Origin: Chloroflexota bacterium
Lineage (GTDB): Bacteria; Chloroflexota; Dehalococcoidia; Dehalococcoidales; UBA2162
Assembly (NCBI GenBank): GCA_043804635.1
Contig: JAZDIU010000056.1
Location: forward strand, 6,376 to 70,375
DNA length: 64,000 nt
Direction: 5' to 3'
The notes under the pieces: model-generated
The model's database searches: none
What the model saw: only the letters and a program-made list of their open reading frames with translations
Told to the model about the DNA's origin: nothing
Position numbers and translations under genes: made by a program
Part shown: positions 28,674 through 38,093 of the stretch, piece after piece
Numbering within the stretch: position 1 is the first letter of the stretch
Layout: each line of letters begins with the position of its first letter

Positions 28674-28768
28674 GGGAGCGGATAAGTCCCGGTGGGCTTC
28701 GCGGACTTCAAATCCGTCGGGGGGCTGATAAGGTCTTCGGTGGGTTCGACTCCCATGCGCTCCCGCCA
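28674..28768 (+). tRNA. selC: tRNA-Sec (anticodon UCA)
   Basis: Folded by hand. Acceptor GGGAGCG / CGCTCCC followed by G and an encoded CCA. 6-bp D stem AAGTCC/GGGCTT with a 4-nt loop. Anticodon arm GCGGA-CTTCAAA-TCCGT. Long variable arm. T arm GTGGG-TTCGACT-CCCAT. About 95 nt, like E. coli selC. End coordinates are good to about 3 nt. Confidence 0.85.
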
Positions 28769-28805
28769 CATAAAAAATACGAAAGAAGAAAACCCCATAC
28801 CGCCA

Positions 28806-28843
28806 GATTCTTCCTCTTCACTACGTTCAGAGTCCAGAATGAC
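28806..28843 (+). repeat. REP-like hairpin element (GATTC...GAATGAC family)
   Basis: GATTCTTCCTCTTCACTACGTTCAGAGTCCAGAATGAC has terminal ATTCT/AGAAT pairing. Its reverse complement reads like the widespread VILSEAKNL-type pseudo-ORF repeat. A second family member lies at 29515-29546. Confidence 0.4.
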
Positions 28844-28918
28844 AAATGGGTTACGCTTGACAGCAAGACTGATTTAAGAGTAAATTTCTAGATAATATTT
28901 GAAAGGGGTTGAGGTATA

Positions 28919-29110
28919 ATGCCTAATGTTGTTTGCCCTAAGTGTCAGACCGAGAGCTTTTTCGGGCTGAGTGCGTATAAAGGACCTTTTCGGTGTATGA
29001 AGTGCAAAGAGACCTTCAATATTACCATCGAAAATGGCGAAGTGAAATCTTACGAGACTATTACACAGCAGGAACTCGATAAGAAGAACATACGGCAACA
29101 TTACGCATAG
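28919..29110 (+). CDS. small zinc-ribbon protein (63 aa)
   Basis: CPKC ... CMKC pairs with an SD-like GAGG 8 nt upstream. I recognise no family. Confidence 0.5.
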   Translation: MPNVVCPKCQTESFFGLSAYKGPFRCMKCKETFNITIENGEVKSYETITQQELDKKNIRQHYA

Positions 29111-29112
29111 AG

Positions 29113-29481
29113 CTAGTCCCGTTCAATCTCCCTCAAACGGGCATCGCTGATGCCAAAATGGTGGGCTATTTCGTGTTTGAGGACACTGGTTATCTCGTTG
29201 TAGATTTCAGCATCATTCCGGCATTGGGCTTCAATGGTCTTTTGAAAGAGGCTTATTTTGTCGGGGAGGACCATCCCGTAGTGAGCACCACGGTCGGTTT
29301 GCGGGACTCCTTCATAGAGTCCAAGTATTGTTTCATTGTGTTTCAATCTTGATTTTCTGAGCTGATAACGGGTAGGATAATCTTCGACTACGACATCGAC
29401 ATTTTCAAGCTTGTTGAGGAATTCCTCGGGTAAGTTGTCGATGGCTCTGGCGACTAACTGGGAGAATTCTTCTTTATTCAT
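29113..29481 (-). CDS. zincin-fold metallopeptidase family protein (HExxH)
   Basis: 122 aa with C-terminal HEIAHHFG. Overall it resembles the small 'possible zinc metallopeptidase' (Zincin_1-like) family. Confidence 0.75.
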   Translation of the reverse strand: MNKEEFSQLVARAIDNLPEEFLNKLENVDVVVEDYPTRYQLRKSRLKHNETILGLYEGVPQTDRGAHYGMVLPDKISLFQKTIEAQCRNDAEIYNEITSVLKHEIAHHFGISDARLREIERD

Positions 29482-29514
29482 ATCAATAAGCTTTCAGCAA
29501 CAATATTCCAAGGA

Positions 29515-29546
29515 GATTGCCACGTCGCTTCGCTCCTCGCAATGAC
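29515..29546 (+). repeat. REP-like hairpin element (GATTGC...GCAATGAC)
   Basis: GATTGCCACGTCGCTTCGCTCCTCGCAATGAC has terminal ATTGC/GCAAT pairing. Its reverse complement reads VIARSEAT.., a common pseudo-ORF repeat. It has the same end structure as 28806-28843. Confidence 0.4.
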
Positions 29547-29621
29547 AAGTGAAAAAATCCCTCTAAATCTCCCTTTGCAGAAGGAAGATGGTGTCCCTCT
29601 TTGAAAAAGGGGGATTTTAGC

Positions 29622-31472
29622 TTAATACAAGACGCGCTCGTCGCCGACGCGGCGGGTTATTTTTTTCTCGTCGAGATATTCCATAAGTGCCTGAACATAT
29701 TTGCGGCTGGTCTGGAATAAGTCCCGGACTTCTGCCAGCGTTACTTTGCCTTTTGCTTTGATGTGGGCGGTAATTTTTTCTACCATCTCGTTATAAGCCC
29801 GGGTGGAGAAGACAATGCCATCGCTTACTTTTACTACCTGCTGGCGTTCGACCAGCAGATTAAGAAGGTCAGGCTCAGGGATAAGCTCGCCGGGTGGTGC
29901 GTATGGATTCTGTGCCAACGCTTTCAAGAAGGCATCGATTTTAGCCTGTTGGGTTGCGTTTAATTTAACTTCGTGGGAAGGCAAGCGGAAGTTCAAGCCT
30001 TCTTCTAACAAAACACCCGATTCCGCAAGTTTTTGACCGATTACCGGTGCATACTTGCCCAGCTTAAGCCGACTCGCTAGCTCCACTTTAGGCATACCGG
30101 AACGAGCCGGGGACTTTTTATAATAGTCTTCAAGAATGGCAATAGCCTGTTTGACCAATCGCTGCCAACCACCGGCTGTAAAAATGAGCGACTGGTCTCC
30201 ATCACCTATGCTGATTACTCTGCCCTGCTGGATGAGCGAGCTAATCGCCGACTGAGCTTCGCCTGAAGGCACATCCCCTTGAGATAGAAGAACTGCTAAG
30301 AGCAGGGGCTGTCTGGCTTCGAGAATAGTCAGCAGAGCATCATCAACAGTGCCTTCCTCGCTAAGTCTCAGACTCTGTATAGTATCCGGACGAAAGCGGC
30401 GGAGCCGCTTAGCGTGAGCATCGACGATTTTACCGCCGCCTAATGTTTCCATCGTCGAGCGGATAATATAGTGGTCGCCTTTGACCAGTGCTACCGGCTT
30501 TTCCAGTATTAGCTGTGCCCAGGTAGTCTCACCGGGTTCGAGTTTCTCTTTTTCCAATAGACGGACTTTAGCCATAACTTCAGCGGCACCGGTATGGAAG
30601 CTAACCGGGGCATTATGCGGTAACGGGCGTTTCAAGTAATCGAGCAGCCTGAGTTGAACGCTAATGAGCGTGGCGGGCACGAGCCAGCCGGGCCTGGTAA
30701 CAACATCACCGCGCTCTATTTCCGTTGTGGCAACACCGACCAAATTGGCGGCGGCTCTACTACCGGGTGTGACTGTATTAAGTTTCGCTTTATGGGTCTG
30801 CAATCCTCTGATGCGGGACTTAAGTCCTTTCGGGACGATTTCGACTTCATCGCTCAAAGAAAGTGAGCCGTCAATCAAGGTCCCCGTAATGACCGTGCCG
30901 GAGCCAGCGATGGTAAAAACTCTATCAATCGGCAGACGGGGTCGTCCGATATCTTTCTTAGATTCGGTGGTCTCTAGAAGCTTTTCAATGGTAGAAATGA
31001 GTTCGGGTAAGCCGTCTCTGGTTGTAGATGAGACAGCGATAATCGGCGACTGGGACAGGGTCGTCGGGCGGAGCAGTTCTTCGATATCCATCTTGACCAA
31101 ACCCAGCCATTCTTCATCAACCAGGTCTTTTTTGGTAAGAACGACAATCCCCTTTTTAATGCCGAGGAGATCGATGATTGCCAGATGTTCCTTGGTCTGA
31201 GGCATTACACCTTCGTTAGCTGCCACAATTAGTAAAGCCAAATCGATGCCGCCGACTCCTGCCAGCATATTCTTAACGAATCTTTCGTGGCCGGGGACGT
31301 CAACGATGCCGACCTCCTGCCCGCCCGGTAGTTTCAGCCAGGCAAAGCCGAGGTCGATGGTCATCCCCCGCTCTTTTTCTTCGCGCAGGCGGTCGGGGTC
31401 AATACCAGTTAAAGCCTGAACTAAAGTCGATTTGCCGTGGTCGATGTGCCCGGCAGTACCAAGAACGAACAT
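29622..31472 (-). CDS. selB: selenocysteine-specific elongation factor SelB
   Basis: 616 aa. G domain [13 protein letters not shown] ... DVPGHERF ... TKKD, followed by long winged-helix C-terminal domains. Confidence 0.95.
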   Translation of the reverse strand: MFVLGTAGHIDHGKSTLVQALTGIDPDRLREEKERGMTIDLGFAWLKLPGGQEVGIVDVPGHERFVKNMLAGVGGIDLALLIVAANEGVMPQTKEHLAIIDLLGIKKGIVVLTKKDLVDEEWLGLVKMDIEELLRPTTLSQSPIIAVSSTTRDGLPELISTIEKLLETTESKKDIGRPRLPIDRVFTIAGSGTVITGTLIDGSLSLSDEVEIVPKGLKSRIRGLQTHKAKLNTVTPGSRAAANLVGVATTEIERGDVVTRPGWLVPATLISVQLRLLDYLKRPLPHNAPVSFHTGAAEVMAKVRLLEKEKLEPGETTWAQLILEKPVALVKGDHYIIRSTMETLGGGKIVDAHAKRLRRFRPDTIQSLRLSEEGTVDDALLTILEARQPLLLAVLLSQGDVPSGEAQSAISSLIQQGRVISIGDGDQSLIFTAGGWQRLVKQAIAILEDYYKKSPARSGMPKVELASRLKLGKYAPVIGQKLAESGVLLEEGLNFRLPSHEVKLNATQQAKIDAFLKALAQNPYAPPGELIPEPDLLNLLVERQQVVKVSDGIVFSTRAYNEMVEKITAHIKAKGKVTLAEVRDLFQTSRKYVQALMEYLDEKKITRRVGDERVLY

Positions 31473-31494
31473 AATGAACCTCTATTTGTCCCCT

Positions 31495-32154
31495 TTATGA
31501 ATATTTAAATCGGACCAAGAATAAGCCGGTTATTGCACCCACTGATAAGCCAGCTAGCAAACCAGAGACCGTGCCGATTAAAATTACCAGACCTAGTTTG
31601 GAGTCAACTGAAATTATGGAAGTGCCCAAGAAGATAATAACCATCCCTACTGCCCAACCGAAAGTATTAGCCCAAATCCAACGGTTTGCATTTGTAGTGT
31701 GTTTTTTAAGTTCAAACCATTGGAAAACACCGAAAAGGGCGCCTAAAACTAAGCCCAGTATCGCAGCCAATAAAATTATCAGGACAAGAGGAGGTTCGAT
31801 ATTAGCCGACGAGGCAGACTGAGGCATAAAGAATGTCGAAGGAATCATTCCTAAAATCCAGGCTATTGCGGCACCCAACGCAGTGAGACCTACCCAGTTT
31901 CTGACCGTCATTCCGGGAAAGCGCTTCTTGAGAACAGACCACTGAAAGGAACCGGTGACTGTACCTTCGATAATTCCAGCCAGAATCGCAACCAGAATAA
32001 TTAGAAACTTCTGCCCGATATTTTGGGGTTCACCAAAAACTTTGAAATATAAGAAGCCAATGCCAGCCGCTACCCCAATGCCAAAGAATTCACCGGCAGC
32101 ACAAGCGGCCATCCAATTTAACCAGTATCTCTTGTTCGATAGATTAATAAGCAT
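31495..32154 (-). CDS. 6-TM membrane protein with an internal threefold repeat; unknown function
   Basis: 219 aa. Three ~70-aa units each begin R-x-W and end in a Gly-zipper helix (LIILVAILAGIIEGTVTGSFQWSVLKKR / LIILLAAILGLVLGALFGVFQWFELKKH / LVILIGTVSGLLAGLSVGAITGLFLVRFK). It lies 17-22 nt from selA and selB on the same strand. Confidence 0.6.
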   Translation of the reverse strand: MLINLSNKRYWLNWMAACAAGEFFGIGVAAGIGFLYFKVFGEPQNIGQKFLIILVAILAGIIEGTVTGSFQWSVLKKRFPGMTVRNWVGLTALGAAIAWILGMIPSTFFMPQSASSANIEPPLVLIILLAAILGLVLGALFGVFQWFELKKHTTNANRWIWANTFGWAVGMVIIFLGTSIISVDSKLGLVILIGTVSGLLAGLSVGAITGLFLVRFKYS

Positions 32155-32171
32155 TTGATTAATGCTATGCT

Positions 32172-33551
32172 TTAATTGGTAGTTGCTAATTTACGGAGTG
32201 CCGCCAGCACGACCTCATCTTCTTCGGGGAGAACGGAACGCGGGTCAAGGAGTAGAGCATCGCCGCTAATGCGGGCAATAACGGGAGTCTCTGCCTGGCG
32301 CAATCGCTGTGCCAGTGTCTGGACCACACTCTTGCCTTTCTTATTATGTCCGCCAATAGCCACCAGCTTTGAGGGCAGGGTGCTACCCGGAAGACTGCCG
32401 CCGCCAATCATACTTTCTCCATCTACCACCTGCGCCAGATTGCCCAGAACATCAGCCCAGATTCTGGCTCTCCGCTCAATTTCTGACAAAGGCATCGCCA
32501 GCATAGACCAAACCGGGATTTTCTCGATTGCCTCGCCTTTTAGGTAGTGAATGAGGGTAGCCGCGAGACCGGCCAACCTTACCTTATCGATGCGCATCGC
32601 TCTTGCTAAGGGGTGCTTTGCGAGTTTAGCAATCAGTTCTTTCTTGCCGATGATAATTCCAGCCTGGGGACCGCCCACTAATTTATCGCCGGAAAAGAAA
32701 GTAAGGTCTGAGCCGGCGGAGATACTTTGCTGAACCATCGGCTCCGGGGCAAGACCGAAAGCAGAGGTATCTATAAAACAGCCGCTGCCAAGGTCATCCA
32801 GCACCATTATATTATGCTTTTTGCCGAGCGCGGTCAGTTCTTCGATACTAACGGAATGGGTGAAACCGACCACCTTGAAGTTGCTGGAATGAACCCGAAG
32901 AAGTGCCACAGTCCGGGGAGTGACTGCTTGTTCATAATCGCTAATATAGGTGCTGTTGGTCGTGCCGACTTCTATTAATTTAGCTCCGCTTTGTGCCATT
33001 ACATCGGGGATGCGGAAGCCGCCGCCAATCTCCACTGCCTGACCTCTCGAGACGATGACCTCTTTTCTTTTCGCCAAAGCGGTGAGTCCCAGCAGAACGG
33101 CCGAAGCGTTGTTGTTGACGACCAATGCCGACTCAGCTCCGGTTAGCTGTCGGAGAAGAGATTCGATATGAGTCTGACGGGAACCCCTATTTCCAGTATC
33201 GAGTTCGAACTCAAGATTGGAATAGCCTTTAGAGATTGTATTCATAGCGGCGATGGTTTCACGGCTGAGCGGCGCCCGACCCAGATTGGTGTGAAGGACG
33301 ACCCCCGTGGCATTGATTACAGGACGCAGGCTAGCGGTCTCAAGGTTGTGTAATCGAGCCAAAATAGAGGTCACTATCTCATCAACCAAGGAAGCCGATT
33401 TACCACCGGTAATAGACAAACGCTCATTCTCAAGAACTTGCCTGGTCACAGTAACTAATAGCTCGTGCGGGAAAGTCGCCTCGAATGGCTTGATGCGTTC
33501 ATCCGAGATAATTCTATCGACGCTGGGGAGATGACGAAGCTCGTTACTCAT
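32172..33551 (-). CDS. selA: L-seryl-tRNA(Sec) selenium transferase SelA
   Basis: 459 aa with the PLP-lysine motif FSGDKLVGGPQAGIIIG. Confidence 0.95.
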   Translation of the reverse strand: MSNELRHLPSVDRIISDERIKPFEATFPHELLVTVTRQVLENERLSITGGKSASLVDEIVTSILARLHNLETASLRPVINATGVVLHTNLGRAPLSRETIAAMNTISKGYSNLEFELDTGNRGSRQTHIESLLRQLTGAESALVVNNNASAVLLGLTALAKRKEVIVSRGQAVEIGGGFRIPDVMAQSGAKLIEVGTTNSTYISDYEQAVTPRTVALLRVHSSNFKVVGFTHSVSIEELTALGKKHNIMVLDDLGSGCFIDTSAFGLAPEPMVQQSISAGSDLTFFSGDKLVGGPQAGIIIGKKELIAKLAKHPLARAMRIDKVRLAGLAATLIHYLKGEAIEKIPVWSMLAMPLSEIERRARIWADVLGNLAQVVDGESMIGGGSLPGSTLPSKLVAIGGHNKKGKSVVQTLAQRLRQAETPVIARISGDALLLDPRSVLPEEDEVVLAALRKLATTN

Positions 33552-33584
33552 AATTGTGAATATTTTAACACACCTTGAAGTTCT

Positions 33585-33613
33585 TTGCTTTCCATTGTAA
33601 ACAATGCTAGAAT
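33585..33613 (+). promoter_or_regulatory. candidate promoter for selD
   Basis: TTGCTT (33585-33590), a 17-nt spacer, then TAGAAT (33608-33613). The SD GGAGGA at 33625-33630 precedes the GTG at 33637. Confidence 0.45.
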
Positions 33614-33636
33614 GCCATTTTAACGGAGGAATTCAA

Positions 33637-34683
33637 GTGGATAAGAGGAAAATGCCCCGCCTCACCGAATGTGTCCGCGCTGCAGGCTGAGCTTCAAAGC
33701 TGGGTCCGGCGGACCTGGACAAGGCGATATGTGATTTACCGCTGATATCCGACCCGAATTTATTGGTGGGTATGGAGGAACGGGACAATGCTGGCGTCTA
33801 CAAGCTGACCGATAAGCTGGCTCTCATCCAGACGCTCGATTTTTTCACGCCCATAGTCGACGATCCCTTCCTTTTCGGTCAGATTGCGGTTACCAATTCT
33901 TTAAGCGATGTCTACACGATGGGCGGCAAACCGCTGACGGCAATGAATATCGTCTGCTTTCCAAGCCAGACGATGGATATTTCAATCTTAAAGGAGATTT
34001 TAAGGGGTGGGGCTGAAAAGTTAGTTGAGGCTAAAGTATTGCTGGTGGGGGGACATAGTGTGGACGACCCCGAGCTTAAGTACGGACTTTCGGTTACGGG
34101 TACAGTTCATCCCAAACATCTGATAACTACTGCCGGGGCTAAGGCAGGAGATAAACTTGTCCTTACCAAGCCACTGGGGACGGGAATTATCAGCACTGCA
34201 TTGAAGGCAGGTATGGCAACCGGTAAGGCAGCAACCATGATTACTAAAAGTATGACAACCCTGAATGATAAAAGCTCAGAGATGATGCAGGAGATAGGAG
34301 TCCATGCTTGCACCGATATTACGGGTTTTGGATTTATCGGACACGCCGTCCAGCTAGCTCAGAATAGCGGAGTAGGGATTAAAGTTGATAATGCTTCTAT
34401 TCCGTTCTTCCCAGAAGCGGTCGATTTTGTTAAAAAAGGATTACTACCTGGCGGACTGCATCGAAACCGGGAGTTTTATTCTTCGTGCACGAAGTTTAAT
34501 GCAAAAGTGCCAGAGTATATGCGGGATATTCTCTTCGACCCACAGACATCTGGTGGGTTGCTGATTTCGGTATCGCCCAAGAAAGCGAGTCGATTACTTG
34601 ATGAGCTGCATAAGGCGGGGATAAAAGAGGCGGCGATAGTCGGTGAGGTAATTACCGGACCGAAGGGCGTTATTACTGTTTAA
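33637..34683 (+). CDS. selD: selenide, water dikinase SelD; itself a selenoprotein (UGA at 33688-33690)
   Basis: The track ORF starts at 33763, but the frame continues upstream through a single TGA: (V)DKRKMPRLTECVRAAG-U-ASKLGPADLDKAICDL. The G-U/C-x-x-K motif sits at the SelD active-site position. The GTG at 33637 is 6 nt after the SD; an alternative ATG lies at 33652. Confidence 0.9.
33700..33718 (+). promoter_or_regulatory. candidate SECIS hairpin for the selD UGA
   Basis: CTGGGTCC-GGC-GGACCTGG gives 8 pairs including 2 G-U, starting 10 nt after the UGA. It is weaker than the fdnG element. Confidence 0.35.
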
Positions 34684-35383
34684 GGTAATCAACTACTTCA
34701 GTCAAGCTGTGAATTCTCACACAATCAACTTCAGGGGATAAATCATAGCGGTCGAGTAATATCGGAGTAATACCTACATTTTTAGCTCCGACAACGTCTA
34801 CTTTATACTGGTCGCCGATATGGACTGCCTCAGAGGCGTCCGCTTTCGCCCGCTTTAAAGCCTCGAGGAAGATAGGCGGCTCCGGTTTATCAGCGCCAGC
34901 TTCGGCGGAGGTAACGAAGAAATCAAGGTATGGCTCCAGTCCGAGACCCTGGCAAAGAGGTTTCATATCTCTATCGAGATTGGTCAGTAAGGCAACGGTA
35001 AGTTTTTGTTTTTTTAAGGTTTTAAGGACCGGCAGCACATCACCGAAAAGGACGAACTTCAAGGTTCCGGATAACTGACGCATCCGCTGCATAACTTTCA
35101 GTAGGGTCTCCGACGTTACGGGCGTGTTAATCCCGGCTTCGGTCAGGACTGTCTGCTGATAGCGGATATAGACTTTAGCCTGCTCTTCAGGTGTCCTTTT
35201 GCGAATCGGAGAACGGGCATTTTCTTCGAAGTAATCCCCATCGGCGGCCCAAAGAGCGTGTCTGAGTTTTTCGGGGGATACTTTTATACCGAATTCCCGG
35301 AGGGTCTGGCTTTGCAGTTCTTCCCGTGGCGGCTCATAGCGGGCAAGGGTATTAAACCAATCGAAGAAGACTGCCTTAATCAA
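34673..35383 (-). CDS. HAD-superfamily hydrolase (motif I DxFxT, haloacid-dehalogenase-like subtype)
   Basis: 236 aa. Motif I is FFDWFNTL, followed by LLTN and a distal GDQYKVDV motif. Confidence 0.8.
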   Translation of the reverse strand: MIKAVFFDWFNTLARYEPPREELQSQTLREFGIKVSPEKLRHALWAADGDYFEENARSPIRKRTPEEQAKVYIRYQQTVLTEAGINTPVTSETLLKVMQRMRQLSGTLKFVLFGDVLPVLKTLKKQKLTVALLTNLDRDMKPLCQGLGLEPYLDFFVTSAEAGADKPEPPIFLEALKRAKADASEAVHIGDQYKVDVVGAKNVGITPILLDRYDLSPEVDCVRIHSLTEVVDYLKQ

Positions 35384-35391
35384 GGATTTTC

Positions 35392-35652
35392 CTAGGAATC
35401 CTGGATGCCAAGGTCTTTAATAAAATCAACCGCATCCTGAACGGTCTTAATTTTCTCAGCGTCGTCATCCGGTATTTCGATTTTCTTTGCCGGAGTGGTG
35501 AACTCCTCTTCTAAGGACATTATAAGCTCTACCAGGTCCAGAGAATCAGCACCTAAGTCATCGATGAAGCTGGCGGTAGGAATTACCTCTTTTTCTTCTG
35601 TGCCGAGCTGCTCGACAACTACCTTTTTTACTCTATCAAAAATGGTCGCCAA
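35392..35652 (-). CDS. acpP: acyl carrier protein
   Basis: 86 aa with the phosphopantetheine site [12 protein letters not shown]. Confidence 0.95.
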   Translation of the reverse strand: MATIFDRVKKVVVEQLGTEEKEVIPTASFIDDLGADSLDLVELIMSLEEEFTTPAKKIEIPDDDAEKIKTVQDAVDFIKDLGIQDS

Positions 35653-35670
35653 TTTTCCCCCTTTCTAGAT

Positions 35671-36081
35671 TCACCTAGTAACTATACTACTAACCGAGCC
35701 CAAAACACCATTGACGAATCTCGGCGAACTATCGCTGCCAAAGCTTTTGGCTAACTCAACGGCTTCGTTAATTGCCGCCTTTACTGGAACTTTATTATCA
35801 AGCAAAATTTCAAATATTGCAAGCCTTAAAATATTTCTATCGATTACAGCTATTTGTTCGATGGGAAAGGCAGGAGCGAACCTTTTTATCTTCTCGTCAA
35901 TCGCCTTTGTATTCTGGATAATACCGGCTATCAATTCTCTGGCGAAATTGATATTTTCTTCAGATAAGTTACTATTTTCGAAGATATGGCTGAGCACTGT
36001 TTCTTCAGTATGCCCGGTAGAATCGATTTCATAAAGGGCTTGAAGAACCAATATCCTCGCCCTGCGTCTGCCTCCTATCAT
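35671..36081 (-). CDS. nusB: transcription antitermination factor NusB
   Basis: 136 aa: RRRARILVLQALYEID ... VPVKAAINEAVELAK. This is the NusB pattern. Confidence 0.9.
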   Translation of the reverse strand: MIGGRRRARILVLQALYEIDSTGHTEETVLSHIFENSNLSEENINFARELIAGIIQNTKAIDEKIKRFAPAFPIEQIAVIDRNILRLAIFEILLDNKVPVKAAINEAVELAKSFGSDSSPRFVNGVLGSVSSIVTR

Positions 36082-36180
36082 AATTCTATTTTAAGTCCAA
36101 CATTATAAGACTACCATTGAATTAAAGCACAAGTCAAAAGCGAATTTTAGAATGGAAAAAGCCGTACGGTGTTCTAGTTA

Positions 36181-36927
36181 TTACAACCAGGATAATGCCA
36201 TTCCCCCGTCCACATTCAATACCTGTCCGGTAATATATCTGGCTTCAGGAGAAGCCAGAAAAGCGACTGCTTCGGCAACATCGTCAGGCGTACCGAGTGA
36301 GCCGACCGGAATACGTTTCATAAGCTCTTCACGCTGGTCTTCTTTTAATTGCTGGGTCATTACCGTGTCAATGAAACCGGGGGCGATAGCGTTTACAGTA
36401 ATTCCCCGTGAACCTACTTCCTTGGCTAACGTGCGGGTAAAGCCGATAATGCCGGCTTTGGCTGAAGAATAATTGGCTTGTCCCGGATTGCCAATTATAC
36501 CGACGATACTTGCCATATTGATAATCCGGCCCCAGCGCTGTTTAATCATACTTCTCACCGCTGCCCGACTACAGAGGAAAACGCTTTTCAAATTAACTGC
36601 CATTACTTTGTCCCAGTCCTCATCGGACATCCTTAAAACGAGCTGGTCGCGGGTAATGCCGGCGTTATTCACGAGAATATCGATTTTGCCAAAAGCGGAT
36701 ATGGCGGTTTCCACCATTTTATCGACGTCCGCAGATGAGCTTACATCGGCAAGGATAGCAATGCTATCTTGCTTCATTGCTTTTATTTCTTCAGCAACTG
36801 CCTTAGCCGATTCACCGACATCATTAATCACGATTTTGGCGCCGCTCTTCGCCAGTCTAAGAGCAATCGTCCGACCGATGCCCCGCCCGCTGCCGGTAAC
36901 CAGAGCTACTTTATTAGTGAGGTCCAT
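36181..36927 (-). CDS. fabG: 3-oxoacyl-ACP reductase
   Basis: 248 aa SDR with TGSGRGIG, NNAG and YSSAKAG motifs. Confidence 0.95.
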   Translation of the reverse strand: MDLTNKVALVTGSGRGIGRTIALRLAKSGAKIVINDVGESAKAVAEEIKAMKQDSIAILADVSSSADVDKMVETAISAFGKIDILVNNAGITRDQLVLRMSDEDWDKVMAVNLKSVFLCSRAAVRSMIKQRWGRIINMASIVGIIGNPGQANYSSAKAGIIGFTRTLAKEVGSRGITVNAIAPGFIDTVMTQQLKEDQREELMKRIPVGSLGTPDDVAEAVAFLASPEARYITGQVLNVDGGMALSWL

Positions 36928-37846
36928 TGCTTTTTAACCTCCTGATAGTCTCGACATCGCCAATATTGGATATAGTAACATCCTTGTTTATACGCTTAAT
37001 CAGTCCGCTCAGCACCTTTCCTGAGCCTATTTCTATGAAATTAGAGACTCCATTATTTATCATAAATTCGATGGAGCGCTGCCATTGCACCGGACTACAT
37101 AGTTGAGTAAGCAGTTCCGTCTTTATCTGGTCTGCAGTAGTCATTGGTTTAGCTGTAGCGTTAGCTATAATCGGGATTGTCGGGTCATTGAATTTAAGCG
37201 TGCTTATTATTTTAGATAGTCCGTCGGCAGCGGGCTGCATCAATGGAGAATGAAAGGCACCGCTTACTGCTAACGGAACGCAGCGGCTGGCCCCTTTAGC
37301 TTTAGCCAGTTCCATAGCTCTGTCAATGTTCTCTTTCGCCCCGCTGATTACCAGTTGTCCCGGACAGTTGAAGTTGGCAATGTTAGTATTAGTCTCACGG
37401 CACACTTCCGAAAGTATGTTCTCATCAAGTCCAAGCACCGCCACCATACCTCCCGGTCTGGCCTGTCCAGCTTCGTGCATCAATCGTCCTCTTTCACGAG
37501 CCAGGTAAACAGCATCAGCGAAATTCAGAACGTTAGCTGCCGCCAGAGCGGTGTATTCTCCTAAGCTGTGACCGGCGAGAAAGGCTGGCGGCGGTAGTTC
37601 TTTTTCGGCACACTTCAAGCAAGCGATACTGACGGTTAACAGTGCTGGCTGGGCATTGATGGTCTGGCGTAATTCTTCCTCGGGTCCCTCGAAACATAAT
37701 TTAGAAAGAGGGAAGCTTACGCTCTCGTCAGCTTGCTTAAATATAGTTCTAGCCTGTTCAAAATTATCAAACAGGTCACGGCCCATGCCTACCGTTTGAG
37801 AGCCTTGTCCGGGAAAGATATAAGCCGTCTTTGCTGGCTCAGCCAT
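36914..37846 (-). CDS. fabD: malonyl-CoA:ACP transacylase
   Basis: 310 aa with FPGQGSQ and GHSLGEY active-site motifs. Confidence 0.95.
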   Translation of the reverse strand: MAEPAKTAYIFPGQGSQTVGMGRDLFDNFEQARTIFKQADESVSFPLSKLCFEGPEEELRQTINAQPALLTVSIACLKCAEKELPPPAFLAGHSLGEYTALAAANVLNFADAVYLARERGRLMHEAGQARPGGMVAVLGLDENILSEVCRETNTNIANFNCPGQLVISGAKENIDRAMELAKAKGASRCVPLAVSGAFHSPLMQPAADGLSKIISTLKFNDPTIPIIANATAKPMTTADQIKTELLTQLCSPVQWQRSIEFMINNGVSNFIEIGSGKVLSGLIKRINKDVTISNIGDVETIRRLKSNGPH

Positions 37847-37851
37847 AAGTC

Positions 37852-38052
37852 CTAGCTCGCCTTTTTCTTAGGGGTTTTAGCGGCGATTACTTCCCTACCG
37901 TTATAGTAACCGCAGCCAGGGCAAGCGTGGTGGGGTAGTTTCGGGGTGTGGCATTGAGGGCAGTCAACCAGTGTAGGAACGGTTATTCCCAGGTGGCGGC
38001 GCCGATCAAGTTGTCGTGCCTTGGGGTATCTTCGTTTCGGTAAAGGTCCCAT
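37852..38052 (-). CDS. rpmF: 50S ribosomal protein L32
   Basis: 66 aa with a CPQC ... CPGC zinc ribbon. It sits next to yceD as in most bacteria. Confidence 0.95.
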   Translation of the reverse strand: MGPLPKRRYPKARQLDRRRHLGITVPTLVDCPQCHTPKLPHHACPGCGYYNGREVIAAKTPKKKAS

Positions 38053-38093
38053 AATTAGCCTGCTGATAAATCAGCAGATTTAACCTCCTCTTA

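Noticed and set aside
28692-28877. 61-aa plus-strand ORF (MGFADFKSVGGLIRSS...).
   Set aside because: It overlaps the tRNA-Sec gene and a REP-like repeat. Its sequence is simply the translation of those elements.
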